A stretch of DNA of 63,455 bases, counting the filler, from Octopus bimaculoides (lineage: Eukaryota): assembly GCF_001194135.2 (NCBI RefSeq). It is 6 parts of 6 records of this genome, joined end to end, with 100 filler letters (N's around TTAATTAATTAA, not from the genome) between each part and the next. Parts side by side here need not be neighbours in the genome. Positions count along the whole stretch, not along the records: positions 10,413 to 40,043 come from NC_068999.1; 5 more parts are not named here. One strand, given 5' to 3'. Every line of letters begins with the position of its first letter. Positions within the stretch are counted from its first letter, which is position 1. Of this stretch, positions 11,151 to 25,676 are shown in pieces. Under the pieces are notes generated by a model. It was not told the origin of the DNA. It saw only the letters and a list, made by a program, of their open reading frames with translations, and made no database searches. The position numbers and the translations under genes are program-made.

Positions 11151-12681
11151 TAATTTCTCAAGCAGTTAATGATATTCCGAAACCAGTTATTCTCGTCAGT
11201 CATTCCACTGGGCTTATGTTCATCCACAGGTCGGAATCCAGTAAAACGTTCCAAATATTTTTATTCCATATATTACGTTGAAAATACATTGGTATCTATC
11301 GTATATTAATAAATGCTGCTGCAAGCTACGTCTCTAGAATATCGTTTCTGCTTTAAACAAGTGCTTGTAACATACTCAAGTTTTTATATATTCTGCCCCA
11401 TATTTCCTCCTTATTCTCCAAATCCCTTGACCTTATGAATCATGTTTAGGTCATCACCATTTCCCGCATTATTATACATATTCATTTTCAAATATCTTTA
11501 CTATTCCCTTTTTATGTTCGTTATCGCTTGCCGAGTCACTGCAAAATAACGTTCCTGTTTCAGTCAGCAGCGAATGAATTCATCGAATGATGTTCTTTTT
11601 TTTCTTTTCTTTTCTTATGAACAATTCTTCTACAACACTTGTTCTGAAGAAAATTGCTTATTCTCAAATGAATAAGTTAATGTACGGAAAAAAAAGAAGA
11701 GAAATACATATTAGTACCGCAGGAAGCAAAATGTGTTAAATGCAAAGCTCCGAAATGAGAAATGAACAATCCGAACAATGTGTTTCTATTCTATTCTTCG
11801 CAATCCGTCTACTACATTTAACCTGATCGTTGACCGAGCAGCAGTGAAAGGGTTCACTAATTTAAAAGCGTCTTCGTATATACATTATTTATACATATAT
11901 ANNNNNNNNNNNNNNNNNNNNNNNNNNNNNNNNNNNNNNNNNNNNNNNNNNNNNNNNNNNNNNNNNNNNNNNNNNNNNNNNNNNNNNNNNNNNNNNNNNN
12001 NNNNNNNNNNNNNNNNNNNNNNNNNNNNNNNNNNNNNNNNNNNNNNNNNNNNNNNNNNNNNNNNNNNNNNNNNNNNNNNNNNNNNNNNNNNNNNNNNNNN
12101 NNNNNNNNNNNNNNNNNNNNNNNNNNNNNNNNNNNNNNNNNNNNNNNNNNNNNNNNNNNNNNNNNNNNNNNNNNNNNNNNNNNNNNNNNNNNATATATAT
12201 ATATATATATATATATACTCACACGTTTTTTTTTTCTGTTTCATTTCGTTTTCCCATTCATAGTTATTCATTAATGTAAATACGGTTTTACGTGAAAAGC
12301 TCTGTTGCCTAAAGAATTACACTAAGCAAAATGTGTTTCATTAGAACAAAACGAATAAGCTCACAAACGTATTGAGAAATGTTCATAGAAAAGAAAGGAA
12401 AAAATGGTGTCGATGAATGATAATTGTAAAATAGCAATAGGTTATTCCAGAGAAATCTATTCAAATTTATGAGTATTGTTACATGCTTTTATCGGATTGA
12501 CCAAATGACGTTCCTATTCACAATCTAACCGTATTCTACAAAGCAGCAAAAATAAAAACGATCCCCTTTGGGGGAAACAAGATTAGCAATTGTAAGATTT
12601 GTCGTGAAATTGCATTATTTCGCAAGCCGTATATGTACGTATAGATGGTTACGGAACACAACAGAAAATGCATAAAGAATA

Positions 12682-12767
<86 letters not shown>

Positions 12768-13258
12768 CATGCATACAGGTATTCATACATATATGTGTGT
12801 ATGTATGCATGCATGAATGTATATACGTCATCCGTACGCCTTATTGTTTTCGTATCACTTTCGATAAACTCTCCACGTTAACGATGATCATTCCCTAATA
12901 TTAACAAATTCTGAAACATTTCGAGAGGTTGGTTAGAATGGATCAAGTTGTCTCTGAAATTCAATGTGATGAAATAAAAGACAAAATAAGGTCTAATAGA
13001 ATACTTGTTCAGAACCTTCGTCAACGAAACTGCATGCAATAATGCGTCAAACCCAAAGGCCGGCCTCATTTTGCTAAACGCTTGCTTTTCCACTAATAAT
13101 AATAATATTAATAATAATAACGATGATGATGGCATTGGTAACTTTTCCAGAGTTCCAGTAATCTTTACTTATAACATTCAAATTACGACAAACGTAAATA
13201 AACAAACGAAGTTTGCTTTTAGAAGCGTTGAGATGTCTTTTAGAAAGTTAAAGCAGTG

Positions 13259-13684
13259 ATTTTAAATTCTCAATAGCAGAATAATGCTAATAATATAGCC
13301 TGAACAGGATAAACTACCCCTATTTTGCAGAGAAAAGTGTAGGTGGCTAGCTGTGGACTCGAACTCACATCCCCGTGATTACATGTCACGATGCTTTGAC
13401 CGATTAAGCTAAACTACCCACTACAAATTCCTCTGCAAATTAAGATATATAAATCTCGCTTTATGAGACACTCTCATATGTTAAATTCAAATTACGACAA
13501 ACGTAAATAAACAAACGAAGTTTGCTTAGAGGAATTTGTAGCGGGTAGTTTAGCTTAATCGGTCAAAGCATCGTGACATGTAATCGTGACATGTAGCCAC
13601 CTACACTTTTCTCAGCAAAATAGGGGTAGTTTATCCTGTTCAGGCTATATTATTAGCATTATTCTGCGATTGAGAATTTAAAAT
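13259..13684. repeat. Inverted duplication (arms 13259-13434 and 13528-13684), plus a 43-bp direct repeat (13176-13218 and 13485-13527)
   Basis: The arms are reverse complements with about 3 substitutions and one internal rearrangement. The 43-mer ATTCAAATTACGACAAACGTAAATAAACAAACGAAGTTTGCTT occurs twice exactly. Confidence 0.95.
13344..13419 (-). pseudogene. tRNA-like sequence (anticodon loop CA-TGT-AA, Thr-like); pseudogene or SINE head
   Basis: D-arm GCTT-AATCGGTCA-AAGC, perfect anticodon stem CGTGA/TCACG, T-loop GTTCGAGT. The T-stem and acceptor stem each carry an indel, and position 33 is A rather than U. Confidence 0.6.
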
Positions 13685-14253
13685 TTAGTTATAACCTTTA
13701 CTTATGGCTTATGCGGTCAATAGTTTTAGCTGATCGAAAAAGAATGAAGGATTTCCATGGCTACAAAAAGTTTAATACGGCCCTCGAATATTTGTATATG
13801 CAGTATTTGTGTTCCTAACTGATCGTGAATGGACCAACTTTTCGATCATCGGTCTAAACACATTGTTTTAATTTCTACACTTTACGTAGTGAGTTCTAGT
13901 TTCTCGAATGCAGACGTGGTGTTATTCCCCTAGAGACAAGCAGTACAATAACATTACCAAAATAAATTAGCCTTTAACACTATTATCGGTCTAATAGATG
14001 CGAGCAAAATAAACATCACTCAGCCTCTTCCGACCAACACTTTGCTATATTGGCTAATTTGTTGGCTGTTTTATATATATATTTAAATCACACTATTCAG
14101 TTCGATATGATACTAATTTTGACTGCACTTACAGAAGGAAAACTAGAGGGCGCTTTTGTGTATAAGTCTGTGCAGGTGTATATATTTTGTGCGTGTTTGT
14201 GTGTGCGTGTGTCCATAGATAGATTGATACTTTCGTACACACACACACACACA

Positions 14254-14291
<38 letters not shown>

Positions 14292-16343
14292 CACACACAC
14301 GCACACATATCTATATTCAGAGAACTCTGAAATATAAACAAAACTTACATCATATAAAATTAATTAAATGTACTGAACCATGGCAAGGAGTCTAAATTAG
14401 ATATAATGAAAACACGCCAATAGACAAAGGCAAGGTCGTGACAGATTCCCTAAATCGAAAACGGAAAAAAGTAATACAATAAAATAAGATAAAACAAATA
14501 ACAAAAATAAACACAAATAAACACATTAAGCAAAGGGAAGTTAAAGAACTAAACCTATTCCGAAACAACATTTCACAAGTAATCAATCTAAAATGCAGTG
14601 TATGAAATTAAAAATTTATATCCGATTTCACTTTCTTTTACATACCATCATTGAATAGAGGAAGATTTTTTTTTTTTTTTTTAAACTCAGTCACGTACTT
14701 TGTTGCCATTATTTTTGTAAAGTATTCCCCAGGCAGTTCTGATTGAACAGACACAGTCATTGGCTTCACCACCGCGTATTTATTAGAGTCGCTGTGAATA
14801 AATATTTCTAGGAATACACCCTCCAATGTGTTGCTTCCGATATTGTTTTAAGCCGATAATGTAAGTTTGACTAATGATATGGCTACCATTTCAGCAAGGG
14901 TGGCTACTGTGTAAAATGTCCTTCATTAGCTGAACATCATGATTATATATCTCGCTGTGGTTTATCTGTTTCCCAGGCCTGATCCAGGAGGATTGGGGTA
15001 AGCATCAACTCTACCCATTCTTCTGTTGCATTTTGTTTACTTTCTAATATAGGCGAAACTCAGCATAACATAAGAATAACTCCACCCAAATAGAAATATT
15101 GTGTGTGTGTGTGTGTGTGTGTTTGTGTGTGTGTTTGTGTTTGTGTGTGCCTGTGTGCGCGCGCTGTGCGTGTGTATGTGTGTGTGCACGTGCATGCTTG
15201 CGTGCGTGTGTGAGAGTGTTTACAAATAATAATTTACTAGCATTGAGAGATATAAAACACATAATATTAACGGTAGAACTCGAAGTAAATAAAGCTATAA
15301 ACATTAGCATGTAGAATATTGTGTATGAACTACAATAAATCTTCGAAACAATTTTCCTGAAGAAACATTCCGAATTTTCTCGATTCATTTTAGAAATTTA
15401 TATCCTTACCAGACAGGATTGTGAAATGTTCAATTTAGAGACTTCGAGCGATATATTCTTACAGATTTTTAACGTTAGAACTATAGAGATCTGAAGTGGT
15501 ATTGTTTATTCAAATCTGACACTAATATTGTATAAGATATAATTTATAGTTAATGATATACTCTGTCATAAGATTTTTTCTGCACATGGAGAATTTGAAC
15601 ACATCATGGGAGATAAAGGAAAACGAAACACGAATTTTACACAGTTTGTATATGCCCGCTACTGTTGTTGCTTCATTCGTTCTCAAACAGTGCTCCTAAT
15701 ATGTTTGGCTTATCGTTAGATGGGTTCCAATCAAGATTTTATTAAAGAAGAAACGCTGTTGATTGTGGTAGGCCCAGTAGATCAAGTGATTGTTTTGATC
15801 TTAGTTGCAATTTTGCAATTTAAAAAATGTGTGTAATTTAGTTATAAACTGGTAATCTGACGGTTGATTATCTTAATGTAACCGCATCAGCGCCAGTTGT
15901 AGTAAGTCGTGACACTTGAAATACTGGTGCTCCCGATGCAATAAAGAGACCGTAATCAAAGCTTGAATGGGTTCTACTTGTCGTGTACGCTTGAAAAACA
16001 TTATGGAAGTAATATTAATATCTAACTGTTCTTGCAGAAATTGGCAAATGTCAATTTCTGGAAGATCTCCGAAATACTATTTTTGACGTCTATTCAAATA
16101 CATATTTGTGCGTATGTATGTGCATCTATGAATCTCATTCTCTCACTCCCTTTGCCTCCTTGTCTCTCTACGTACATTTAAAGTTCATGTATACAACTCA
16201 GTTATGAAGTGGTGAGCTCGATTCCCGGACCGGGTTGTGTTACCTTCTTGAGTATAACACTTTAATTCATACATTATTTACATTTCACGGATATTTGTCC
16301 TCCTCCACCTCCTCTTCCTCATCATCATCATCTTCTTCTTCTT

Positions 16344-16374
<31 letters not shown>

Positions 16375-16433
<59 letters not shown>

Positions 16434-16625
16434 TTATGTTTGACTTTTGTTTTGCATTTGTACAAGTTGGATCCAAGTCTCACCCAGAGACCTCAAGAGA
16501 CAACAAGTTAGAAGTTCATGTAGGTGTTATGCCTAGGGTACCATATATTTGGATTTGTACAGTTTTGTTCAAGTGAATGTTTAAGAAACCATAAGAAAAT
16601 TATATGTTTGCTTTAAAATTTGAGA
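16375..16625 (-). mobile_element. 5'-truncated R4/Dong 3' UTR with (TAA)n tail
   Basis: 16431-16493 is the exact reverse complement of 10413-10475. It is flanked by (TTA)n on the left and (ATT)n on the right. Confidence 0.88.
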
Positions 16626-18544
16626 TCACATAACAGTATTATTATTATTATTATTATCATTATTATTAATATTCAGGTCACATGATAGCGTGGGACCAGA
16701 TATTTGGGTTACATCAGGCGACGGAGTAACTGTACCACTGAGAAGGTGCATCGGTATCCTCAAAGTTCCTTCTATCACAATATATTGAAATGATGTGAGT
16801 GATTTGATAATCATGTAGAAGAGGCGATGGAAACTAGGCAGCTAACAGATGGACTTCCACAACATGTTCCTTAACTATGCAATGATGTCAGCTCCCTCTA
16901 CTGCTAAATATACTAGGAAGCACTTTGAAGTATTAAATATTTGTTTTCTGCACATTTATAGCCATGACATAAAGGGTTAAATGACATTTTGTTATTAGGT
17001 AGCTCATCAATAACTAGTATTATTTTACGAACTACTGCTATTTTTTAAATTTTTAATTGCGATAAAAAGATTTAGTTAGCAGAGCCAATCTCGTATTTTC
17101 AAGAATGAAGTGTTAGCAACAATTACAAAATAAAAAGGAAGAAAATAGTAATAAAATGAATATAAATAGTAGATCAGTAGATTAGCTGCAAGTCCTAATT
17201 TCCTGTTTGATAGACTACACACTATCTGAAAAAAATGTGGCAAACGCAAAAAATAATGTACAATAAAATAAACAATATACAATAAAAAAAGTAGAAAATA
17301 AACAATAGCCCCAAACAAATAACTATAAAGAAGAGAAGTTCACTTTACAATATTTAACCTATTTAATTAGGAATTCTCAAGCAATTAGGCCAATCCCGCA
17401 ATCTTCTCATCAAAATATCAGTCAATAGTCTTTGATATACTGAAAAATCACTGCTAATGCTGTTAAACAAACTGTATCGCAAATACAATATAATCGAACG
17501 CTATTATAGAGTTATCGATCTCTTAGCTACCAATACAATGAAAGTGTTATATATTACGGATTTAGTGTGTGTGAGTATATATATCTATACACACATATAT
17601 ATATCAGTATACATATGTGTGTATGTATATATATATATATATNNNNNNNNNNNNNNNNNNNNNNNNNNNNNNNNNNNNNNNNNNNNNNNNNNNNNNNNNN
17701 NNNNNNNNNNNNNNNNNNNNNNNNNNNNNNNNNNNNNNNNNNNNNNNNNNNNNNNNNNNNNNNNNNNNNNNNNNNNNNNNNNNNNNNNNNNNNNNNNNNN
17801 NNNNNNNNNNNNNNNNNNNNNNNNNNNNNNNNNNNNNNNNNNNNNNNNNNNNNNNNNNNNNNNNNNNNNNNNNNNNNNNNATAATGGATAATTGCATAAT
17901 TGCAAATGTTTATTCATATATATGGGTGTGCGTGTGTATGCGTGTTCAACGGCACTCCGCTTTCGCAGATTTGAGGTCGAAATTAATTAAAATTCAAATA
18001 AAAGACAATAGCAACACGAGAAAGAAAAGAAAGAAAAAAAACAGCATTAGTGAGAAATACAATTAAATAATGGTTTCCTTAATTATTCAGGGAGATTGTG
18101 TTTTATGAAAATCGAATAGTGATAAATACGTTGATGGAGTGCATATCATATAGCACATTAACAAAGAAAATAGATGTGAATGAAACACCTATTTATGCTT
18201 GTATATCGGTCCACGAAAGGGATACAGATGCCCTACAGATTAAAGTATTGCAAATTGGTTTTGTGCATTTTATCCAGATCATACTCTTGGAAGATATACA
18301 GAATATATGCAGACCGCAATTATTTCAACAAAAACAACAAAGCTGATTAAAAGTCGAAACATTAAGAGTGTGTTAGTATCGCTTTTCCTTTTGCATTTAC
18401 CACACGCATGCATTGTAAAATATTATTGTGTTTAAGAAGTGCATTTGGTAATCCTATAAACCCAAGTTCTAAACCTCTTTGCGACATTTTGGGATTGTAT
18501 TGTGAGACCGTGTCAAACTTCTGTCAACGTTTATTTTCATTTAT

Positions 18545-18780
18545 TCTTTTCTTTCGTTCTTTTATTTGCTTCAGGCATTTGACTGCGGCCATGCTTCGGT
18601 CTCTATTTTCCGAACCGCTAATTTACGGGGACGTAAACACACCAGCATCGGTTGTCAAGTGACGGTGGGGGACAAACACAGACACACAAACGTCATATGC
18701 CCACGCGCATTTGGCGTAGTGGTTAAGACCGCGGGCTACTAGCCACAAGATTCAGAGTTCGATTCCAAGCAGTGTCCTGC
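18545..18780. mobile_element. Partial family C SINE (minus strand, 18545-18690) next to a family B tRNA-like head (plus strand, ~18704-18780)
   Basis: GGGGACGTAAACACACCAGCATCGGTTGTCAAG is the reverse complement of ~54180-54212. The head reads TGGCGTAGTGGTTAAGA...GAGTTCGATTCC. Confidence 0.75.
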
Positions 18781-21139
18781 TTGGAATATCTATGTTTTCT
18801 ACATAGATATTTTTCTCAGTGTTTTAGCTCTGCGTGAATACATATGGAAATATATTATGAATACAGACGCAGCATGAGCGATTGAGTAACAAGTTTGCTT
18901 CGTTCGCATGAGCTCGAGTCTTCGATTCTACTTTGTGGCATCTTGGGAGGATGCTATTTTATCATAGCTTCGATAAAAGACTCTGTGATTGAGCAAAATC
19001 TGTGAGCGTCATCGGGCAAAAGGAAAATATTTTGAAACTCCAGTTTTTGTCACTAAATACCCTTCATAGGTTTCACCTGTTTTTTGAATAATTGATGAGA
19101 AAAATTGGAGTGAAATGACTCGGAAAAATTCGCATGTGTTTGTGAAATAAGTCATAAGAATTACATTGATTGATACAAAACTGAAACTGCACGCCCGAAA
19201 AGAAATCACAGCGAAACGCAACTTCTAAAACAATTATATGATAAAGATATCTGTATAAAAACGAAAGACAGAAACTGTAGTAACATAGAAAGGATTTATT
19301 CTGGTTCCCACGTATATGAATGTTCCTTAGCACTGAGATGATAAGATATAAAAGAGAAACTTAATCATCATAAAATACTCATTAAATTAGCGAGTGAAAT
19401 TTGAATTCAATAATTAGTTTCTGAAAATAAACTATGCATTTCCTACGAGTTAAAACAATCTTCTGCTTATCAACTTTTCTACCTGCATCAAGCTCATATC
19501 GTATTTTCTCCTAAATTAATTATTTACAGAGATCTATCGTGTTTCCAGAGAAACTGCTGTGTTTATTTTTACGTGAAAATGTTGCCTACTATATTATGCA
19601 GCTGTAAATTGAACCTTTTGTCATTCAATCAATTTTATGCTGTCATACGAGTGAATACACTTAAGATATTAACTGCGGAGCAGAGTACGGAAAGATATTG
19701 AAGTGGTGAGGTTAAATTTCGCTGAGTTTTCTGTTCCATTTATCTAACATTTATATTTGTCTGAGCGGAATTGTAGGCGAGAAAATAAAGGATCCTGTAT
19801 ATGGTAACATGATTTGCTAAGCAGAACAGGCAAATATCACTTCGAATAAAGGCTATAGTTTCGAATAAAGTGTATGGTGTTGTGATCAAATGGGTTTTCG
19901 TTACACAGGAAGATGAATTTGGTAATAAAAGCCTTAATTGACAGGATGGTCATTATTGATATGCCGCTAGAGATAGCCATGTTCATTCGGAGATCATTTA
20001 AGTTGAAGCAACAACAACAACCAAATAAAATCTTCTTAAATTACTCTTTTAAAAATCTGGAAAATATGAGTTAATGTAGCTCTAGATATACCATTCTTGA
20101 CAAAGAAGTGATTGTCACGGCTGTACTACCTTTCTTCATAGATCTAATTTATCATTGCTGATTTTAGTCAAAAGAATCCCTTCTAAAGTTTTCAATGGTC
20201 CATAACAAACGTATTGATAATATTTCTTTCGTTTCATATTGTTTTCATTAATTTAGTTGAAAGATCTGGATATGGATCCATGATCTTCAAACCCCGATTC
20301 AGGCGAGACTAACAGGGACACAGACACTCTTAAAAGATGGTAAGTTGAGGTAGGGGTAAAAAAAAGCCAATGACTGATTTGAGGCGGATATTATAAGAGG
20401 ACACAGTGGTTACAATATTTAGTATGGAGGAAATATTCATTAATGCAAGAAAAAGGGAAGTAAGTAGGGAATGCCTAAACAAAATTAGCATTATTTCTCC
20501 GTGCTTGCGTAACTGTGAGGAGTCAGCTCTCTCTGGAGAAGAAATTTATACGCTCGATGTAGTTCTAGTTTATTTTCTTCCATGTGGTCTCTGTTGCGTG
20601 TATTTGTACGAAGCATATAAACCAATACCTGGGAGAGGCACATCATTATATATCCAGCATGTTTTGTAATGCGTTAGTTACTGTTGCGAACGGATGTTTA
20701 TTCTGTCTGTGAAGAGGAAGACACGTCTTGTTATCACACATAAATTTGAACATGTGCATTTATAAGTTAACAACTACGTCATAAAATGTACCTCTTATAA
20801 TTTAGACAGCTATTTTGTAACGATAGGAAACTTAGGCAGTGGGTAATGCTGTCTTCTTGTAATTATTGTCCTATTCTTCATTTCAATTCTAATCAGGATT
20901 TCGACCAGTGCACTCCGTGTATATTTGAACTTCAGATGTTTATCGAAGGACATGAATTTAAGGAGGGTTTTCAGCACACTTTATAAACATGAGCCACCTC
21001 ATAGCACTTCTTACACTAGACATTTTATACTGCTAATTACGTTTCGATGTATGTTTAATATCTAACTCAGTAACAATTTATAGCGTATCATATTCATCTC
21101 CCTGTGTCCGGCACATCAAATCATCTGCCATACTAGTAG

Positions 21140-21640
21140 TTTTGGAAGTAGGCAGTCACTAATTCTATCTCTAGTGTCACAGACAGAAGAGATGTTGAAA
21201 TCTCTCAGTTTGTGATGTTGCCACATCCGGTTTATATTTAGCTGCCTCATCTTCGGTCTTCCGTTACTATACCCTGAATGATGGTTTCGGAAAGGGCGTC
21301 GTATCAGCGTATATGAGGCTGTACCACACGAGATTTTAACGTTTCGTGGCTGTCAGCTTATTTCCTGACTTTTACCTGAACGAAATACAGATTGTCTTGT
21401 GCTCTGTGTAATTATCAACATCTTCCCAAGACATCAGTTACTATTTTGTGGCTGTGATTATCGAACAGAACCTTATTATTTCCTCAACTCACATCGATAT
21501 TGTATATCTTTGAGAGTGCGGTGGTTCCTAGCCTGGCGGTGAATTATGAATCTCCGCTTCCGTGATTCCTCTTAGGTTGATATCATCAGCAAAATATTGT
21601 CACCCCGTAACGAAATCCTAACGTTGGATCTTTGACCAAT
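21140..21640 (-). mobile_element. Degraded RTE-clade LINE 3' fragment
   Basis: Broken frames give EAEI, YTEHKT and LSETIIQG, matching recalled RTE C-terminal motifs (EIRxRI, SYTEHKTN, LSKTILQG). Confidence 0.55.
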
Positions 21641-23804
21641 TGTTACATAAACGCTACAACCGACCATGAACATTTAAATTTACAGCAAATGTTTGTGACT
21701 TAACACGCGTTCCAGTTCACATGAAAACTTCGTATTGAACTAATAATTTTAGGAGCGTAATATATTTTATTGCCATATGTTTTTTGCAAGAGAAAAAGGA
21801 GAGCAAACATATCCAAGGAATGCCGTTTATATTCCGTCAAATATAAAGTACAAAATATGAATACTAAATTGATAGATTGATATGCATAACATGACAGACA
21901 ATTATATTTCGGATGAAGGAGAAAATTATGCAATTTCGCCTTCACGTAGCTCAGAAGTTCCTAATGCGATTAATATATAAAGATGTTCTTTTCGGCATCA
22001 TCTTCCGTAGAATTATTAATCAAATTTTATACATTCCAGTTATAGTTGTCTTCTGATAAGGTATTCGAGATAATTAAATTTTGATATGTTTCCTTCACTG
22101 CTAATGATTCGTCCTGGAGTAATTTTATTTTCCCCGTCAACTGAAAACGCTGAGCGAAGGTTTGTTGTGTGACAGATATTAATGGAGAAATGACAGCGTT
22201 TCAAATCAAAAGAGATTGATGGTTAATAGTTTTACGCTGATTACGTAATTGGATGTCAGATACAAAAAAGAAAACAAAAAGGAACTTGAAGTAAAAAAAC
22301 GACAAGCAACAAAAACAATAAGAAGGTTAAAAGAAAATGTGTACATCTATGTAACAACTCTATCTATCAGTTAAAGGAAATATTTGAATAATTAATTAAA
22401 TAAATGAAATCATATAGTGAGAAAATGTCAAATTGACATGAAAAACAAAAAAGAAATTCAGATGTTTCATAAATTAAGCATAGTTTTCAAAATGTGCGTC
22501 CTTCAAATAAACATCACATCTTAGCTTATGGCTGTTAATGGTTGATATAAAAACACTGATTGCTAATTACCCAACGTTTTTGAAGTTGGGTAATTCTAAT
22601 TTTCTATTAATATTTTATTGTTGTTTTAGTTTATTTCCAGTAACGCGCATAAGAGTTAGCAACACATTTTCAATATTCTGACTTAATCTAAAATCTTGAG
22701 ACACAGTATTAGGGTTACTCATTTCACAAGTTCAGTTCAGATCGTGCAAATTAAGAACGTATAGAAACCTAAAACGCAAATTTTACGGGGAAGAGTATCA
22801 TGATATTTGTGAAAAATCGGTCGCTATTTCTAGCAATACGTACAACTGCCACAAACAGTCTACCTCCGGGAAAAATATTTGTACTAGTAAAGTAGAATTC
22901 CAGGGGAAATTTCAAATGGGTTTAGTAATAGAAAGGAAAGTTTGGGCTGCATCGAAATTGTTGTGCTTTATTTGATTTTTAGAGATTTTGTTAGATTGTA
23001 GCCGATTTACTTACATCGATATTATATCTGATATCATTATTAATTTAATCTTGAAAAGAGACACGTGTACAATACTGAACTGTATACGTCAACTAAGATT
23101 GTAGTATTACTATAACAACGACCGATAATGTCAATATTGGGACTTGTATTTCCTCACAATCGACTCCACAGAATAAGTATCTGGCAAATAATTGATCTGA
23201 AAGGATAACATTCATACGCTTTACTGAAAAGATTCTTCTCGAAAGCAAAATCATATAGAACTATATCTTTATAATGCGGAAAACTTAGTTAGGAATATGA
23301 ATTGAGAAGGAAGACGGCAATGTAATTCCATTTGTCTCATAGAATTCGTATATTGGAAGAATTTTCAATGATATTGTTAATTACAGAATAAGAAAAAATG
23401 TAAGGACAAGAATGAGTCGGTTGGGAATATCTAGGGTTTTCGAAAGTAATATACTCTCAGAATATGCTAAAAGTATGTTTACATAGTACACATTGTCAAA
23501 CTCAACGAAAGCAATTTCACATAATGGCTTCCTTTGATTCGAAATGCTTTTTCAAATCAGCATTCGTGTATTTTCAATGTGTTTTCTTTCTTATCAACAC
23601 AAATCAGTTTTCGTTGAAAATGGCGGTAGATATATCGTCAGTTTTGTTGAATAAATATTTTGTCAGACCTACCAAGTGTTTATCCAACGCATCATAGAAG
23701 TTACTGTATACTGTTTGCTGTATAATTGAATATCTTAGACAGCAATATTACTCAGATTTTCGAAATAATCAAAATAACGACAAAGTCCTAGAATTTCGTA
23801 TACA

Positions 23805-23848
<44 letters not shown>

Positions 23849-24084
23849 ATCGCACTCACACAGACATACACACATATATATACATGTATATTCTTGTGTC
23901 TATATATGCATATGTGTATATATGTATATNNNNNNNNNNNNNNNNNNNNNNNNNNNNNNNNNNNNNNNNNNNNNNNNNNNNNNNNNNNNNNNNNNNNNNN
24001 NNNNNNNNNNNNNNNNNNNNNNNNNNNNNNNNNNNNNNNNNNNNNNNNNNNNNNNNNNNNNNNNNNNNNNNNNNNNNNNNNNNN

Positions 24085-24117
<33 letters not shown>

Positions 24118-25676
24118 TACATGTGTGTGTGTCTGTGTATTTTATATACATCCGTACATGGATATATTTTCTATCATCGTATTGCCTCCGTGCATGTAGT
24201 TATGTGTATATATGTGTATATATACATATATACATACTTAGGCACATTCATACACATACGTATGTATATATAATTTTCTAATAAATGAATTTCAGTTAAT
24301 TTCATGCTTGACTATTCGAAAACAATCTTCCTTGAAGAGTAGCTTTCCTTTTCCAAATAGTGACTGTAATTATTTCTAAATGAAAATAAAAGAAATTGTT
24401 ATTTCTACTAATAAACTATTTTCTTTGAGCATGTACATTGCTTAGTATTGTAGTAGGCGATTGCTTAGCTACAAATACATAACAACTTCTCTATGAATTT
24501 CTGTTATATATCTCATCAAACACTGAGATAAACTCTTCTAAATTCTTTCTTCACATTGCTTTGTTATTTTTTTTATTCTATTCTTATCATTGATCATTCA
24601 GATTTAGGAACGACAGTGGTCCTTCCCATTTTGTCTGAAATACAGTCGACACTGATATGTCGACTGCGGCTCAACTGTTTCGTAGAACTTGCCTTGATGG
24701 AAATGTGACTTTGTCTTTTTAATATGTGCTGTGAACACGTTGAATGTATCTCATCGGTCTCTCTATCACTGTAGCTTGTGATATAATGAAAGTGCAGCAC
24801 GAGTGATTTCAAATGGACAAAACCTTTAATTTTGCCCAAAATTCCACCCTCTATATCGATATGACTTATGTATGTATGTATGTATGTATGTATGTATGTA
24901 TGTATGTATGTATGTACGTACGTATGTATGTATGTATGTATGTATGTACGTATGTACGTACGTATGTATGTATGTATGTATGTATGCGTGAATGTATTGC
25001 TAGAGATGAACAGCAATGATAAACCGTCACCTTTTAATGGTTTTTGTTTATTCGTGCTTTCATTTGGCCTTAGTTTTTCTTCTCATAGTTTCTCTTCTGA
25101 ACTTAGCTGAATGCGTGTATTTGTGTTAAATATTTGCAGTATTTTACAATATCCAAACGAAATACAGTATGTTTTATCGATGTAAACTTTCTAATTCAGC
25201 CGAAGAACTTTTTTTCTATATGTGTTGTTTTGAAGCGATATTCTGCCACTTTATCTAGCTTTTGAATTCTCTGAAGCATTGACTTACCAGGCGGACAGAC
25301 TTCCGAATAACTAAATACTGGACTAGTTGAAATTACGTGTACATACATATATATATATATATTTACACATCAACATCTAAATTTATATCGACACCTATCT
25401 TCCAATATCCATATCTATCTTGATCTGACTTTTCTGCGATAAGAAAGTTTCTAATACCCTGTTGCTTACGCAGCACGGCGACAATTCACAGCATTTACAA
25501 TGGCTATAACAGCTGCACATCGATGTTACATAACATCACTCTTAACAACTTTCTTTTGCCGGTTAAAAACTTTTTACTGCCTCCAACATTCCTTCATACG
25601 CCAATACACATCATTAAGTCATATTTTGATTCTTCGATGAAACCTCCTGAGCACCTTCGTGACTTGTCGATTGGAC

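Noticed and set aside
13462-13478. Hairpin TATGAGACACTCTCATA resembles ATGAGACACCGTCTCAT at ~47840-47856
   Set aside because: There is no flanking similarity, and the match is too short to exclude chance.
24643-24666. Perfect 9-bp hairpin CAGTCGACA-CTGATA-TGTCGACTG after a good splice acceptor
   Set aside because: All frames of the putative exon stop quickly, and an isolated short hairpin is uninformative.
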